From Nemertoderma westbladi (Eukaryota > Animalia > Xenacoelomorpha), in NCBI GenBank assembly GCA_032718475.1, contig JAUCBJ010000602.1, positions 1-64,000 on the forward strand: a stretch of DNA of 64,000 nt, read 5' to 3'. The notes beneath the pieces were generated by a model. It did no database searches and was not told where the DNA came from. It worked only from the letters and a program-made list of their open reading frames with translations. Positions 39,401 through 52,580 of this stretch are shown piece by piece (position 1 is the first letter of the stretch; every line of letters starts with the position of its first letter). The translations under genes and the position numbers were made by a program.

Positions 39401-42400
39401 GCTGGTTAGTAATCAACTCTAGTAGACAGAAGTCACCACTCTGTAGATAGTGCTGGTTAGTAATCAACTCTAGTAGACAGAAGTCACCACTCTGTAGATA
39501 GTGCTGGTTAGTAATCAACTCTAGTAGACAGAAGTCACCACTCTGTAGATAGTGCTGGTTAGTAATCAACTCTAGTAGACAGAAGTCACCACTCTGTAGA
39601 TAGTGCTGGTTAGTAATCAACTCTAGTAGACAGAAGTCACCACTCTGTAGATAGTGCTGGTTAGTAATCAACTCTATTAGACATAAGTCACCACTCTGTA
39701 GATAGTGCTGGTTAGTAATCAACTCTAGTAGACAGAAGTCACCACTCTGTAGATAGTGCTGGTTAGTAATCAACTCTAGTAGACAGAAGTCACCACTCTG
39801 TAGATAGTGCTGGTTAGTAATCAACTCTAGTAGACAGAAGTCACCACTCTGTAGATAGTGCTGGTTAGTAATCAACTCTAGTAGACAGAAGTCACCACTC
39901 TGTAGATAGTGCTGGTTAGTAATCAACTCTAGTAGACAGAAGTCACCGCTCTGTAGATAGTGCTGGTTAGTAATCAACTCTAGTAGACAGAAGTCACCAC
40001 TCTGTAGATAGTGCTGGTTAGTAATCAACTCTAGTAGACAGAAGTCACCACTCTGTAGATAGTGCTGGTTAGTAATCAACTCTAGTAGACAGAAGTCACC
40101 GCTCTGTAGATAGTGCTGGTTAGTAATCAACTCTAGTAGACAGAAGTCACCACTCTGTAGATAGTGCTGGTTAGTAATCAACTCTAGTAGACAGAAGTCA
40201 CCGCTCTGTAGATAGTGCTGGTTAGTAATCAACTCTAGTAGACAGAAGTCACCACTCTGTAGATAGTGCTGGTTAGTAATCAACTCTAGTAGACAGAAGT
40301 CACCACTCTGTAGATAGTGCTGGTTAGTAATCAACTCTAGTAGACAGAAGTCACCACTCTGTAGATAGTGCTGGTTAGTAATCAACTCTATTAGACATAA
40401 GTCACCACTCTGTAGATAGTGCTGGTTAGTAATCAACTCTAGTAGACAGAAGTCACCACTCTGTAGATAGTGCTGGTTAGTAATCAACTCTAGTAGACAG
40501 AAGTCACCACTCTGTAGATAGTGCTGGTTAGTAATCAACTCTAGTAGACATAAGTCACCACTCTGTAGATAGTGCTGGTTAGTAATCAACTCTAGTAGAC
40601 AGAAGTCACCACTCTGTAGATAGTGCTGGTTAGTAATCAACTCTAGTAGACATAAGTCACCACTCTGTAGATAGTGCTGGTTAGTAATCAACTCTAGTAG
40701 ACAGAAGTCACCACTCTCTAGATAGTGCTGGTTAGTAATCAACTCTAGTAGACATAAGTCACCACTCTGTAGATAGTGCTGGTTAGTAATCAACTCTAGT
40801 AGACAGAAGTCACCACTCTGTAGATAGTGCTGGTTAGTAATCAACTCTAGTAGACAGAAGTCACCACTCTGTAGATAGTGCTGGTTAGTAATCAACTCTA
40901 GTAGACAGAAGTCACCACTCTGTAGATAGTGCTGGTTAGTAATCAACTCTAGTAGACAGAAGTCACCGCTCTGTAGATAGTGCTGGTTAGTAATCAACTC
41001 TAGTAGACAGAAGTCACCACTCTGTAGATAGTTCTGGTTAGTAATCAACTCTAGTAGACAGAAGTCACCACTCTGTAGATAGTGCTGGTTAGTAATCAAC
41101 TCTAGTAGACAGAAGTCACCACTCTGTAGATAGTGCTGGTTAGTAATCAACTCTATTAGACAGAAGTCACCACTCTGTAGATAGTTCTGGTTAGTAATCA
41201 ACTCTAGTAGACAGAAGTCACCACTCTGTAGATAGTGCTGGTTAGTAATCAACTCTAGTAGACAGAAGTCACCACTCTGTAGATAGTGCTGGTTAGTAAT
41301 CAACTCTAGTAGACAGAAGTCACCACTCTGTAGATAGTGCTGGTTAGTAATCAACTCTAGTAGACAGAAGTCACCACTCTGTAGATAGTGCTGGTTAGTA
41401 ATCAACTCTAGTAGACAGAAGTCACCACTCTGTAGATAGTGCTGGTTAGTAATCAACTCTATTAGACAGAAGTCACCACTCTGTAGATAGTTCTGGTTAG
41501 TAATCAACTCTAGTAGACAGAAGTCACCACTCTGTAGATAGTGCTGGTTAGTAATCAACTCTAGTAGACAGAAGTCACCACTCTGTAGATAGTGCTGGTT
41601 AGTAATCAACTCTATTAGACAGAAGTCACCACTCTGTAGATAGTTCTGGTTAGTAATCAACTCTAGTAGACAGAAGTCACCACTCTGTAGATAGTGCTGG
41701 TTAGTAATCAACTCTAGTAGACAGAAGTCACCACTCTGTAGATAGTGCTGGTTAGTAATCAACTCTAGTAGACAGAAGTCACCACTCTGTAGATAGTGCT
41801 GGTTAGTAATCAACTCTAGTAGACAGAAGTCACCACTCTGTAGATAGTGCTGGTTAGTAATCAACTCTATTAGACAGAAGTCACCACTCTGTAGATAGTT
41901 CTGGTTAGTAATCAACTCTAGTAGACAGAAGTCACCACTCTGTAGATAGTGCTGGTTAGTAATCAACTCTAGTAGACAGAAGTCACCACTCTGTAGATAG
42001 TGCTGGTTAGTAATCAACTCTAGTAGACAGAAGTCACCACTCTGTAGATAGTGCTGGTTAGTAATCAACTCTATTAGACAGAAGTCCCCACTCTGTAGAT
42101 AGTTCTGGTTAGTAATCAACTCTAGTAGACAGAAGTCACCACTCTGTAGATAGTGCTGGTTAGTAATCAACTCTACTAGACAGAAGTCACCACTCTGTAG
42201 ATAGTGCTGGTTAGTAATCAACTCTAGTAGACAGAAGTCACCACTCTGTAGATAGTGCTGGTTAGTAATCAACTCTAGTAGACAGAAGTCACCACTCTGT
42301 AGATAGTGCTGGTTAGTAATCAACTCTAGTAGACAGAAGTCACCACTCTGTAGATAGTGCTGGTTAGTAATCAACTCTAGTAGACAGAAGTCACCACTCT

Positions 42401-43394
42401 GTAGATAGTGCTGGTTAGTAATCAACTCTAGTAGACAGAAGTCACCACTCTGTAGATAGTGCTGGTTAGTAATCAACTCTAGTAGACAGAAGTCACCACT
42501 CTGTAGATAGTGCTGGTTAGTAATCAACTCTAGTAGACAGAAGTCACCACTCTGTAGATAGTGCTGGTTAGTAATCAACTCTAGTAGACAGAAGTCACCA
42601 CTCTGTAGATAGTGCTGGTTAGTAATCAACTCTAGTAGACAGAAGTCACCACTCTGTAGATAGTGCTGGTTAGTAATCAACTCTATTAGACAGAAGTCCC
42701 CACTCTGTAGATAGTTCTGGTTAGTAATCAACTCTAGTAGACAGAAGTCACCACTCTGTAGATAGTGCTGGTTAGTAATCAACTCTAGTAGACAGAAGTC
42801 ACCACTCTGTAGATAGTGCTGGTTAGTAATCAACTCTAGTAGACAGAAGTCACCACTCTGTAGATAGTGCTGGTTAGTAATCAACTCTAGTAGACAGAAG
42901 TCACCACTCTGTAGATAGTGCTGGTTAGTAATCAACTCTAGTAGACAGAAGTCACCACTCTGTAGATAGTGCTGGTTAGTAATCAACTCTATTAGACAGA
43001 AGTCCCCACTCTGTAGATAGTTCTGGTTAGTAATCAACTCTAGTAGACAGAAGTCACCACTCTGTAGATAGTGCTGGTTAGTAATCAACTCTAGTAGACA
43101 GAAGTCACCACTCTGTAGATAGTGCTGGTTAGTAATCAACTCTAGTAGACAGAAGTCACCACTCTGTAGATAGTGCTGGTTAGTAATCAACTCTATTAGA
43201 CAGAAGTCACCACTCTGTAGATAGTTCTGGTTAGTAATCAACTCTAGTAGACAGAAGTCACCACTCTGTAGATAGTGCTGGTTAGTAATCAACTCTAGTA
43301 GACAGAAGTCACCACTCTGTAGATAGTGCTGGTTAGTAATCAACTCTAGTAGACAGAAGTCACCGCTCTGTAGATAGTGCTGGTTAGTAATCAA
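33408..43394 (+). repeat. 51-bp tandem array (~196 copies) made of the exon donor junction
   Basis: Unit CAGAAGTCACCACTCTGTAGATAGTGCTG|GTTAGTAATCAACTCTAGTAGA = 29 nt exon + 22 nt intron; very homogeneous; fills almost the whole 10-kb intron. Confidence 0.97.
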
Positions 43395-43486
43395 TCAATA
43401 TCAAGGTTCTAACTTTGCGGCTTTCGGCTCACAATTATCGGTGTTACTCTTCCATTTATTATTATTTATTATCTTTACTACTACAG

Positions 43487-43735
43487 GGAGTAGCGGCGGT
43501 TCCAACCACTCTGGGAGAGGTCCATCCTCCTCCCGACGCACTCACTCCCTTCCGAGGGGAGCAACCGCAGCTCCTGGTCCAGCAGTAGGGTGCCCGTCGT
43601 CCGTGAGCAGCAGTGGAATCGAGTCGCTAAGGGGGGCCTCTAGTCAGGGGATGGTGACCGGGTGCCCTCCTGGGAGTCCAGTAGTGGCGGGAAGTTTGAA
43701 TCGGAGCGGCGCTGGCGGGTTGACACAGCCATCAT
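43487..43735 (+). CDS. dvl: Dishevelled penultimate exon, Ser/Gly-rich tail
   Basis: tacag|GG AGT AGC...TCA T|gttagt, phase 1 to 1; GSSGGSNHSG... resembles the Dvl GSRSSGSNRSG segment; GC-rich island. Read-through gives a stop at 43738-43740. Confidence 0.8.
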
Positions 43736-43816
43736 GTTAGTGTGTTATATTATGTAATTCCGGTAAGTAGCTGAGTATAATATATTTTTTATATCTATTT
43801 ATTTATTTTATTTCAG

Positions 43817-43830
43817 CGGAAATCTTCTGA
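43817..43830 (+). CDS. dvl: Probable Dishevelled terminal coding exon (...PSSEIF*)
   Basis: Strong acceptor ttttatttcag|CG GAA ATC TTC TGA in phase 1; resembles a shortened PSEFFVDVM Dvl C-terminus. Confidence 0.6.
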
Positions 43831-44684
43831 GCTCCTAATTGGCTGGCATCGATTGAGTCCGATGGGATGGTTTTGGTTGGCCAAACTGCCATTGATTTGG
43901 TTTTAATGATTAACAACAGTAAATAGCTGAGGCTCCGCTGCAGTAGTAGTTTGTGAATAGCCTATATAGACCTAATAGACTATAGAGTAGATAAATTAGT
44001 TACAAACAAGCAGCTTTTACAATTTATTTGTGCGGTCACATTAGGAATTATATTTACAGCAATAATCGCGTGCGCCATCTAGTGTCTGCGTTAGCAATAT
44101 TTGGCTTTGTGTGTCTCTGTCCACTTAACTATAAGCACTTATGTTTTCTTAACTGAGCAAAATGTTGTTTGTCTCGTCTTAACTCATTTATATTTATTTG
44201 GCTTAAAATTAAATTTTTGATACACGTGTACTTATTTTTCCCAGAGTCTTATTCATACAAAGCATCACAAAGAATAATTACCGTTATTATTATTGCGTTA
44301 ATATCACAGACGAATTACGTTTAAGTATAAATTACATTAACTTTGTTTATTTGAACACGATATGAAAATATTTACCTGTTTTTCTTAGTTGTTTTTAAAT
44401 CAAGATAAATCCATCAAGATAAAGTCTATTAATTATTTCATATCTTTTCTTTTAATTCTATTGTTTACTTAAATATTAAATTTAGGTTTAAAGTTAATTT
44501 TGTTTGTTAAATGTTGTTCATCAACTTGTCAAGTACAACTATATATAGTCGTGAAAGGTGTTACTAATCATATTATTATTAGTGCCGCTTATCTGATTTT
44601 ATATATTTTTATTTTGCTTTTTTATTAACTCATTTGAATTCGCGTACATTAGTTTGTGATCATTGTATGTTGCGGTTGTAAGCT

Positions 44685-47600
44685 ATTCAACAGAATACTT
44701 CCGGGTTGAACTTAGTGTAACGTTTTATTTAACAGAATACTTCTGGGTTGAACTTAGTGTAACGTTTTATTTAACAGAATACTTCCGGGTTGAACTTAGT
44801 GTAACGTTTTATTTAACAGAATACTTCTGGGTTGAACTTAGTGTAACGTTTTATTTAACAGAATACTTCTGGGTTGAACTTAGTGTAACGTTTTATTTAA
44901 CAGAATACTTCCGGGTTGAACTTAGTGTAACGTTTTATTTAACAGAATACTTCCGGGTTGAACTTAGTGTAACGTTTTATTTAACAGAATACTTCCGGGT
45001 TGAACTTAGTGTAACGTTTTATTCAACAGAATACTTACGGGTTGAACTTGTGTAACGTTTTATTTAACAGAATACTTCCGGGTTGAACTTGTGTAACGTT
45101 TTATTTAACAGAATACTTCCGGGTTGAACTTAGTGTAACGTTTTATTTAACAGAATACTTCTGGGTTGAACTTAGTGTAACGTTTTATTTAACAGAATAC
45201 TTCCGGGTTGAACTTAGTGAAACGTTTTATTTAACAGAATACTTCCGGGTTGAACTTAGTGTAACGTTTTATTTAACAGAATACTTCTGGGTTGAACTTA
45301 GTGTAACGTTTTATTTAACAGAATACTTCTGGGTTGAACTTAGTGTAACGTTTTATTTAACAGAATACTTCCGGTTTGAACTTAGTGTAACGTTTTATTC
45401 AACAGAATACTTCCGGGTTGAACTTAGTGTAACGTTTTATTTAACAGAATACTTCCGGGTTGAACTTGTGTAATGTTTTATTTAACAGAATACTTCTGGG
45501 TTGAACTTAGTGTAACGTTTTATTTAACAGAATACTTCCGGGTTGAACTTAGTGTAACGTTTTATTCAACAGAATACTTCCGGGTTGAACTTGTGTAACG
45601 TTTTATTTAACAGAATACTTCCGGGTTGAACTTGTGTAACGTTTTATTTAACAGAATACTTCCGGGTTGAACTTGTGTAACGTTTTATTTAACAGAATAC
45701 TTCCGGGTTGAACTTGTGTAACGTTTTATTTAACAGAATACTTCTGGGTTGAACTTAGTGTAACGTTTTATTTAACAGAATACTTCTGGGTTGAACTTAG
45801 TGTAACGTTTTATTTAACAGAATACTTCCGGGTTGAACTTGTGTAACGTTTTATTTAACAGAATACTTCTGGGTTGAACTTAGTGTAACGTTTTATTTAA
45901 CAGAATACTTCTGGGTTGAACTTAGTGTAACGTTTTATTCAACAGAATACTTCCGGGTTGAACTTGTGTAACGTTTTATTTAACAGAATACTTCCGGGTT
46001 GAACTTGTGTAACGTTTTATTTAACAGAATACTTCTGGGTTGAACTTAGTGTAACGTTTTATTTAACAGAATACTTCTGGGTTGAACTTAGTGTAACGTT
46101 TTATTTAACAGAATACTTCCGGGTTGAACTTAGTGTAACGTTTTATTCAACAGAATACTTCCGGGTTGAACTTAGTGTAACGTTTTATTTAACAGAATAC
46201 TTCCGGGTTGAACTTGTGTAACGTTTTATTTAACAGAATACTTCTGGGTTGAACTTAGTGTAACGTTTTATTTAACAGAATACTTCCGGGTTGAACTTAG
46301 TGTAACGTTTTATTCAACAGAATACTTCCGGGTTGAACTTGTGTAACGTTTTATTTAACAGAATACTTCCGGGTTGAACTTAGTGTAACGTTTTATTCAA
46401 CAGAATACTTCCGGGTTGAACTTGTGTAACGTTTTATTTAACAGAATACTTCCGGGTTGAACTTAGTGTAACGTTTTATTCAACAGAATACTTCCGGGTT
46501 GAACTTGTGTAACGTTTTATTTAACAGAATACTTCTGGGTTGAACTTAGTGTAACGTTTTATTTAACAGAATACTTCTGGGTTGAACTTAGTGTAACGTT
46601 TTATTTAACAGAATACTTCTGGGTTGAACTTAGTGTAACGTCTTATTTAACAGAATACTTCTGGGTTGAACTTAGTGTAACGTTTTATTTAACAGAATAC
46701 TTCTGGCTTGAACTTAGTGTAACGTTTTATTTAACAGAATACTTCCGGGTTGAACTTGTGTAACGTTTTATTTAACAGAATACTTCCGGGTTGAACTTGT
46801 GTAACGTTTTATTTAACAGAATACTTCTGGGTTGAACTTAGTGTAACGTTTTATTTAACAGAATACTTCCGGGTTGAACTTGTGTAACGTTTTATTTAAC
46901 AGAATACTTTCGGGTTGAACTTGTGTAACGTTTTATTTAACAGAATACTTCTGGGTTGAACTTAGTGTAACGTTTTATTTAACAGAATACTTCCGGGATG
47001 AACTTGTGTAACGTCTTATTTAACAGAATACTTCTGGGTTGAACTTAGTGTAACGTTTTATTTAACAGAATACTTCTGGGTTGAACTTAGTGTAACGTTT
47101 TATTTAACAGAATACTTCTGGGTTGAACTTGTGTAACGTTTTATTTAACAGAATACTTCCGGGTTGAACTTAGTGTAACGTTTTATTTAACAGAATACTT
47201 CCGGGTTGAACTTGTGTAACGTTTTATTTAACAGAATACTTCTGGGTTGAACTTGTGTAACGTTTTATTTAACAGAATACTTCTGGGTTGAACTTGTGTA
47301 ACGTTTTATTTAACAGAATACTTCTGGGTTGAACTTAGTGTAACGTTTTATTTAACAGAATACTTCTGGGTTGAACTTAGTGTAACGTTTTATTTAACAG
47401 AATACTTCTGGGTTGAACTTAGTGTAACGTTTTATTTAACAGAATACTTCCGGGTTGAACTTAGTGTAACGTTTTATTTAACAGAATACTTCCGGGTTGA
47501 ACTTAGTGTAACGTTTTATTTAACAGAATACTTCTGGGTTGAACTTAGTGTAACGTTTTATTTAACAGAATACTTCCGGGTTGAACTTAGTGTAACGTTT

Positions 47601-50362
47601 TATTTAACAGAATACTTCCTGTTGGAACTTAGTGTAACGTTTTATTTAACAGAATACTTCCGAGTTGAACTTAGTGTAACGTTTTATTTAACAGAATACT
47701 TCCGGGTTGAACTTAGTGTAACGTTTTATTTAACAGAATACTTCCGAGTTGAACTTAGTGTAACGTTTTATTTAACAGAATACTTCCGGGTTGAACTTAG
47801 TGTAACGTTTTATTTAACAGAATACTTCCTGTTGGAACTTAGTGTAACGTTTTATTTAACAGAATACTTCCGAGTTGAACTTAGTGTAACGTTTTATTTA
47901 ACAGAATACTTCTGGGTTGGACTTAGTGTAACGTTTTATTTAACAGAATACTTCCTGTTGGAACTTAGTGTAACGTTTTATTTAACAGAATACTTCTGGG
48001 TTGAACTTAGTGTAACGTTTTATTTAACAGAATACTTCCTGTTGGAACTTAGTGTAACGTTTTATTTAACAGAATACTTCCGAGTTGAACTTGTGTAACG
48101 TTTTATTTAACAGAATACTTCTGGGTTGAACTTAGTGTAACGTTTTATTTAACAGAATACTTCCGGGTTGAACTTGTGTAACGTTTTATTTAACAGAATA
48201 CTTCCGGGTTGAACTTAGTGTAACGTTTTATTTAACAGAATACTTCTGGGTTGAACTTAGTGTAACGTTTTATTTAACAGAATACTTCCGGGTTGAACTT
48301 GTGTAACGTTTTATTCAACATAATACTTCCGAGTTGAACTTAGTGTAACGTTTTATTTAACAGAATACTTCTGGGTTGAACTTAGTGTAACGTTTTATTT
48401 AACAGAATACTTCCGGGTTGAACTTAGTGAAACGTTTTATTTAACAGAATACTTCCTGTTGGAACTTAGTGTAACGTTTTATTTAACAGAATACTTCTGG
48501 GTTGAACTTAGTGTAACGTTTTATTTAACAGAATACTTCCTGTTGGAACTTAGTGTAACGTTTTATTTAACAGAATACTTCCGAGTTGAACTTGTGTAAC
48601 GTTTTATTTAACAGAATACTTCTGGGTTGAACTTAGTGTAACGTTTTATTTAACAGAATACTTCCGGGTTGAACTTAGTGTAACGTTTTATTTAACAGAA
48701 TACTTCTGGGTTGAACTTAGTGTAACGTTTTATTTAACAGAATACTTCCGGGTTGAACTTGTGTAACGTTTTATTCAACATAATACTTCCGAGTTGAACT
48801 TAGTGTAACGTTTTATTTAACAGAATACTTCTGGGTTGAACTTAGTGTAACGTTTTATTTAACAGAATACTTCCGGGTTGAACTTGTGTAACGTTTTATT
48901 TAACAGAATACTTCCGGGTTGAACTTGTGTAACGTTTTATTTAACAGAATACTTCTGGGTTGAACTTAGTGTAACGTTTTATTTAACAGAATACTTCCGG
49001 GTTGAACTTGTGTAACGTTTTATTTAACAGAATACTTCCGGGTTGAACTTAGTGTAACGTTTTATTTAACAGAATACTTCTGGGTTGAACTTAGTGTAAC
49101 GTTTTATTTAACAGAATACTTCCGGGTTGAACTTGTGTAACGTTTTATTTAACAGAATACTTCCGGGTTGAACTTAGTGTAACGTTTTATTTAACAGAAT
49201 ACTTCTGGGTTGAACTTAGTGTAACGTTTTATTTAACAGAATACTTCCGGGTTGAACTTGTGTAACGTTTTATTCAACATAATACTTCCGAGTTGAACTT
49301 AGTGTAACGTTTTATTTAACAGAATACTTCTGGGTTGAACTTAGTGTAACGTTTTATTTAACAGAATACTTCCGGGTTGAACTTAGTGAAACGTTTTATT
49401 TAACAGAATACTTCTGGGTTGAACTTAGTGTAACGTTTTATTTAACAGAATACTTCTGTGTTGAACTTAGTGTAACGTTTTATTTAACAGAATACTTCCG
49501 GGTTGAACTTAGTGTAACGTTTTATTTAACAGAATACTTCTGGGTTGAACTTAGTGTAACGTTTTATTTAACAGAATACTTCTGGGTTGAACTTAGTGTA
49601 ACGTTTTATTTAACAGAATACTTCTGGGTTGAACTTAGTGTAACGTTTTATTTAACAGAATACTTCTGGGTTGAACTTAGTGTAACGTTTTATTTAACAG
49701 AATACTTCTGGGTTGAACTTAGTGTAACGTTTTATTTAACAGAATACTTCTGGGTTGAACTTAGTGTAACGTTTTATTCAACAGAATACCTCCGGGTTGA
49801 ACTTAGTGAAACGTTTTATTTAACAGAATACTTCTGGGTTGAACTTGTGTAACGTTTTATTTAACAGAATACTTCTGGGTTGAACTTAGTGTAACGTTTT
49901 ATTTAACAGAATACTTCCGAGTTGAACTTAGTGTAACGTTTTATTTAACAGAATACTTCCGGGTTGAACTTAGTGTAACGTTTTATTTAATAGAATACTT
50001 CCGGGTTGAACTTAGTGTAACGTTTTATTCAACAGAATACCTCCGGGTTGAACTTAGTGAAACGTTTTATTTAACAGAATACTTCTGGGTTGAACTTGTG
50101 TAACGTTTTATTTAACAGAATACTTCTGGGTTGAACTTAGTGTAACGTTTTATTTAACAGAATACTTCCGGGTTGAACTTGTGTAACGTTTTATTTAACA
50201 GAATACTTCCGGGTTGAACTTGTGTAACGTTTTATTTAACAGAATACTTCTGGGTTGAACTTAGTGTAACGTTTTATTTAACAGAATACTTCCGGGTTGA
50301 ACTTGTGTAACGTTTTATTTAACAGAATACTTCCGGGTTGAACTTAGTGTAACGTTTTATTT
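44685..50362 (+). repeat. 42/41-bp tandem array (~136 copies)
   Basis: Unit AACAGAATACTTC(C/T)GGGTTGAACTT(A)GTGTAACGTTTTATTT; AATAAA at about 50419 just downstream. Confidence 0.96.
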
Positions 50363-51269
50363 TTTGCTTATTTTTTTGTACATTGTTACATTGATGTTAT
50401 TTCTATGAATTTGAAATTAATAAATTAAACTATTATTTATTTCTACGATATTATTAATTTATTTAGTGTTCGAGTTGTATGACGAATTTAAACTTTTAAA
50501 ATAGAATGAGTTTACTATAAGATCAGCATTATTATAAGATATTATGATTTTGAGTATTATCGATTATAATGGTCCAATAGTTGATACTATTTGATTCACC
50601 ATGATGGTGTTGGTACCGGTAATGTGTAGTGGATGCGAGCCACATGCCATGCGATACTTCAGCGGTCAGCGCAATAATTACAGGGACCATTTCGCTATTT
50701 GTCCACTTATTTTCACAAAACTTTAATCATAAACTTTCTTGAATGTTTGTGTAGGTGTGCGTGCATACTTTGGTGTTTCTCTCGGTGCATACTTTGGTGT
50801 TCGTTAGGTGCATACCGGTACTTTTGGAAATAATACGTGCTAACAATTTTCCGACATTTATCACACTTATTTTCAATAATTAACAATTCACTTAACGTCT
50901 TATTCAACATATCACATTCTAAAACTATTATATTTTTTGTGAGCAAAATAATGGTTTAATAAGATTTGCCACAAATTTCGTATCGTGCCCCAAGGAGATT
51001 TTGTTTCTCTATATGTAGTGCATGTGTTTTACTTAATTGGTGTTACTCACCGTGTCTGCGTCTATGGGTATGGAGTCATGGTTTTGGTGCGGTTTATTCT
51101 GTGTTTTTGGTTAAAAATATCAATAAAATAATTATTGCAGAAGTAGTGCCACTTGATAATAATGAATTTTCCGTATTGAAAAAATAGAAACTTGTTCCTC
51201 CGGACATCCATTCCGTTCACGTCCATTGAATCTTCTGGTGTATCAGCAACTAATACTACCTCAAAAGTA

Positions 51270-52580
51270 TACTACCATAGTACCTGGTGCCTCGGCACTC
51301 AGTACTACCATAGTACGTGGTGCCTCGGCACTGTACTACCATAGTACCTGGTGCCTCGGCATTCAGTACTACCATAGTACCTGGTGCCTCGGCACTCAGT
51401 ACTACCATAGTACGTGGTGCCTCGGCACTGTACTACCATAGTACCTGGTGCCTCGGCACTCAGTACTACCATAGTACGTGGTGCATCGGCACTGTACTAC
51501 CATAGTACCTGGTGCCTCGGCACTCAGTACTACCATAGTACGTGGTGCATCGGCACTGTACTACCATAGTACCTGGTGCCTCGGCACTCAGTACTACCAT
51601 AGTACCTGGTGCCTCGGCACTCAGTACTGCCATAGTACCTGGTGCCTCGGCACTCAGTACTACCATAGTACCTGGTGCCTCGGCACTCAGTACTACCATA
51701 GTACCTGGTGCCTCGGCATTCAGTACTACCATAGTACCTGGTGCCTCGGCACTCAGTGCTGCCATAGTACCTGGTGCATCGACACTCAGTACTACCATAG
51801 TACCTGGTGCCTCGGCACTCAGCACTACCGTAGTACCTGGTGCATCGGCACTCAGTACTACCATGGTACCTGGTGCCTCGTCACTCAGTACTACCATAGT
51901 ACCTGGTGTGGTGCCTCGACACTCAGTACTACCATAGTACCCGGTGCCTCGGCACTCAGTACTGCCATAGTACCTGGTGCATCGACACTGTACTACCATA
52001 GTACCTGGTGCCTCGGCACTCAGTACTACCATAGTACCTGGTGCCTCGGCACTCAGTACTGCCATAGTACCTGGTGCCTCGGCACTCAGTACTACCATAG
52101 TACCTGGTGCCTCGGCACTCAGTACTACCATAGTACCTGGTGCCTCGGCATTCAGTACTACCATAGTACCTGGTGCCTCGGCACTCAGTGCTGCCATAGT
52201 ACCTGGTGCATCGACACTCAGTACTACCATAGTACCTGGTGCCTCGGCACTCAGCACTACCGTAGTACCTGGTGCATCGGCACTCAGTACTACCATGGTA
52301 CCTGGTGCCTCGGCACTCAGTACTACCATAGTACCTGGTGTGGTGCCTCGGCACTCAGTACTACCATAGTATCTGGTGTGGTGCCTCGGCACTCAGTACT
52401 ACTATAGTACCTGGTGCCTCGGCACTCAGTACTACCATAGTACCTGGTGCCTCGGCACTCAGTACTACCATAGTACCTGGTGCCTCGGCACTCAGTACTG
52501 CCATAGTACCTGGTGCCTCGGCACTCAGTACTACCATAGTACCTGGTGCCTCGGCACTCAGTACTACCATAGTACCTGGT
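51270..52580. repeat. 33-bp GC-rich minisatellite (~40 copies)
   Basis: Unit TACTACCATAGTACCTGGTGCCTCGGCACTCAG. Confidence 0.93.

Noticed and set aside
33254-43394. 1373-aa and 2000-aa minus-strand ORFs
   Set aside because: Antisense reading of the 51-bp donor-junction array, with no unique coding context or domain.
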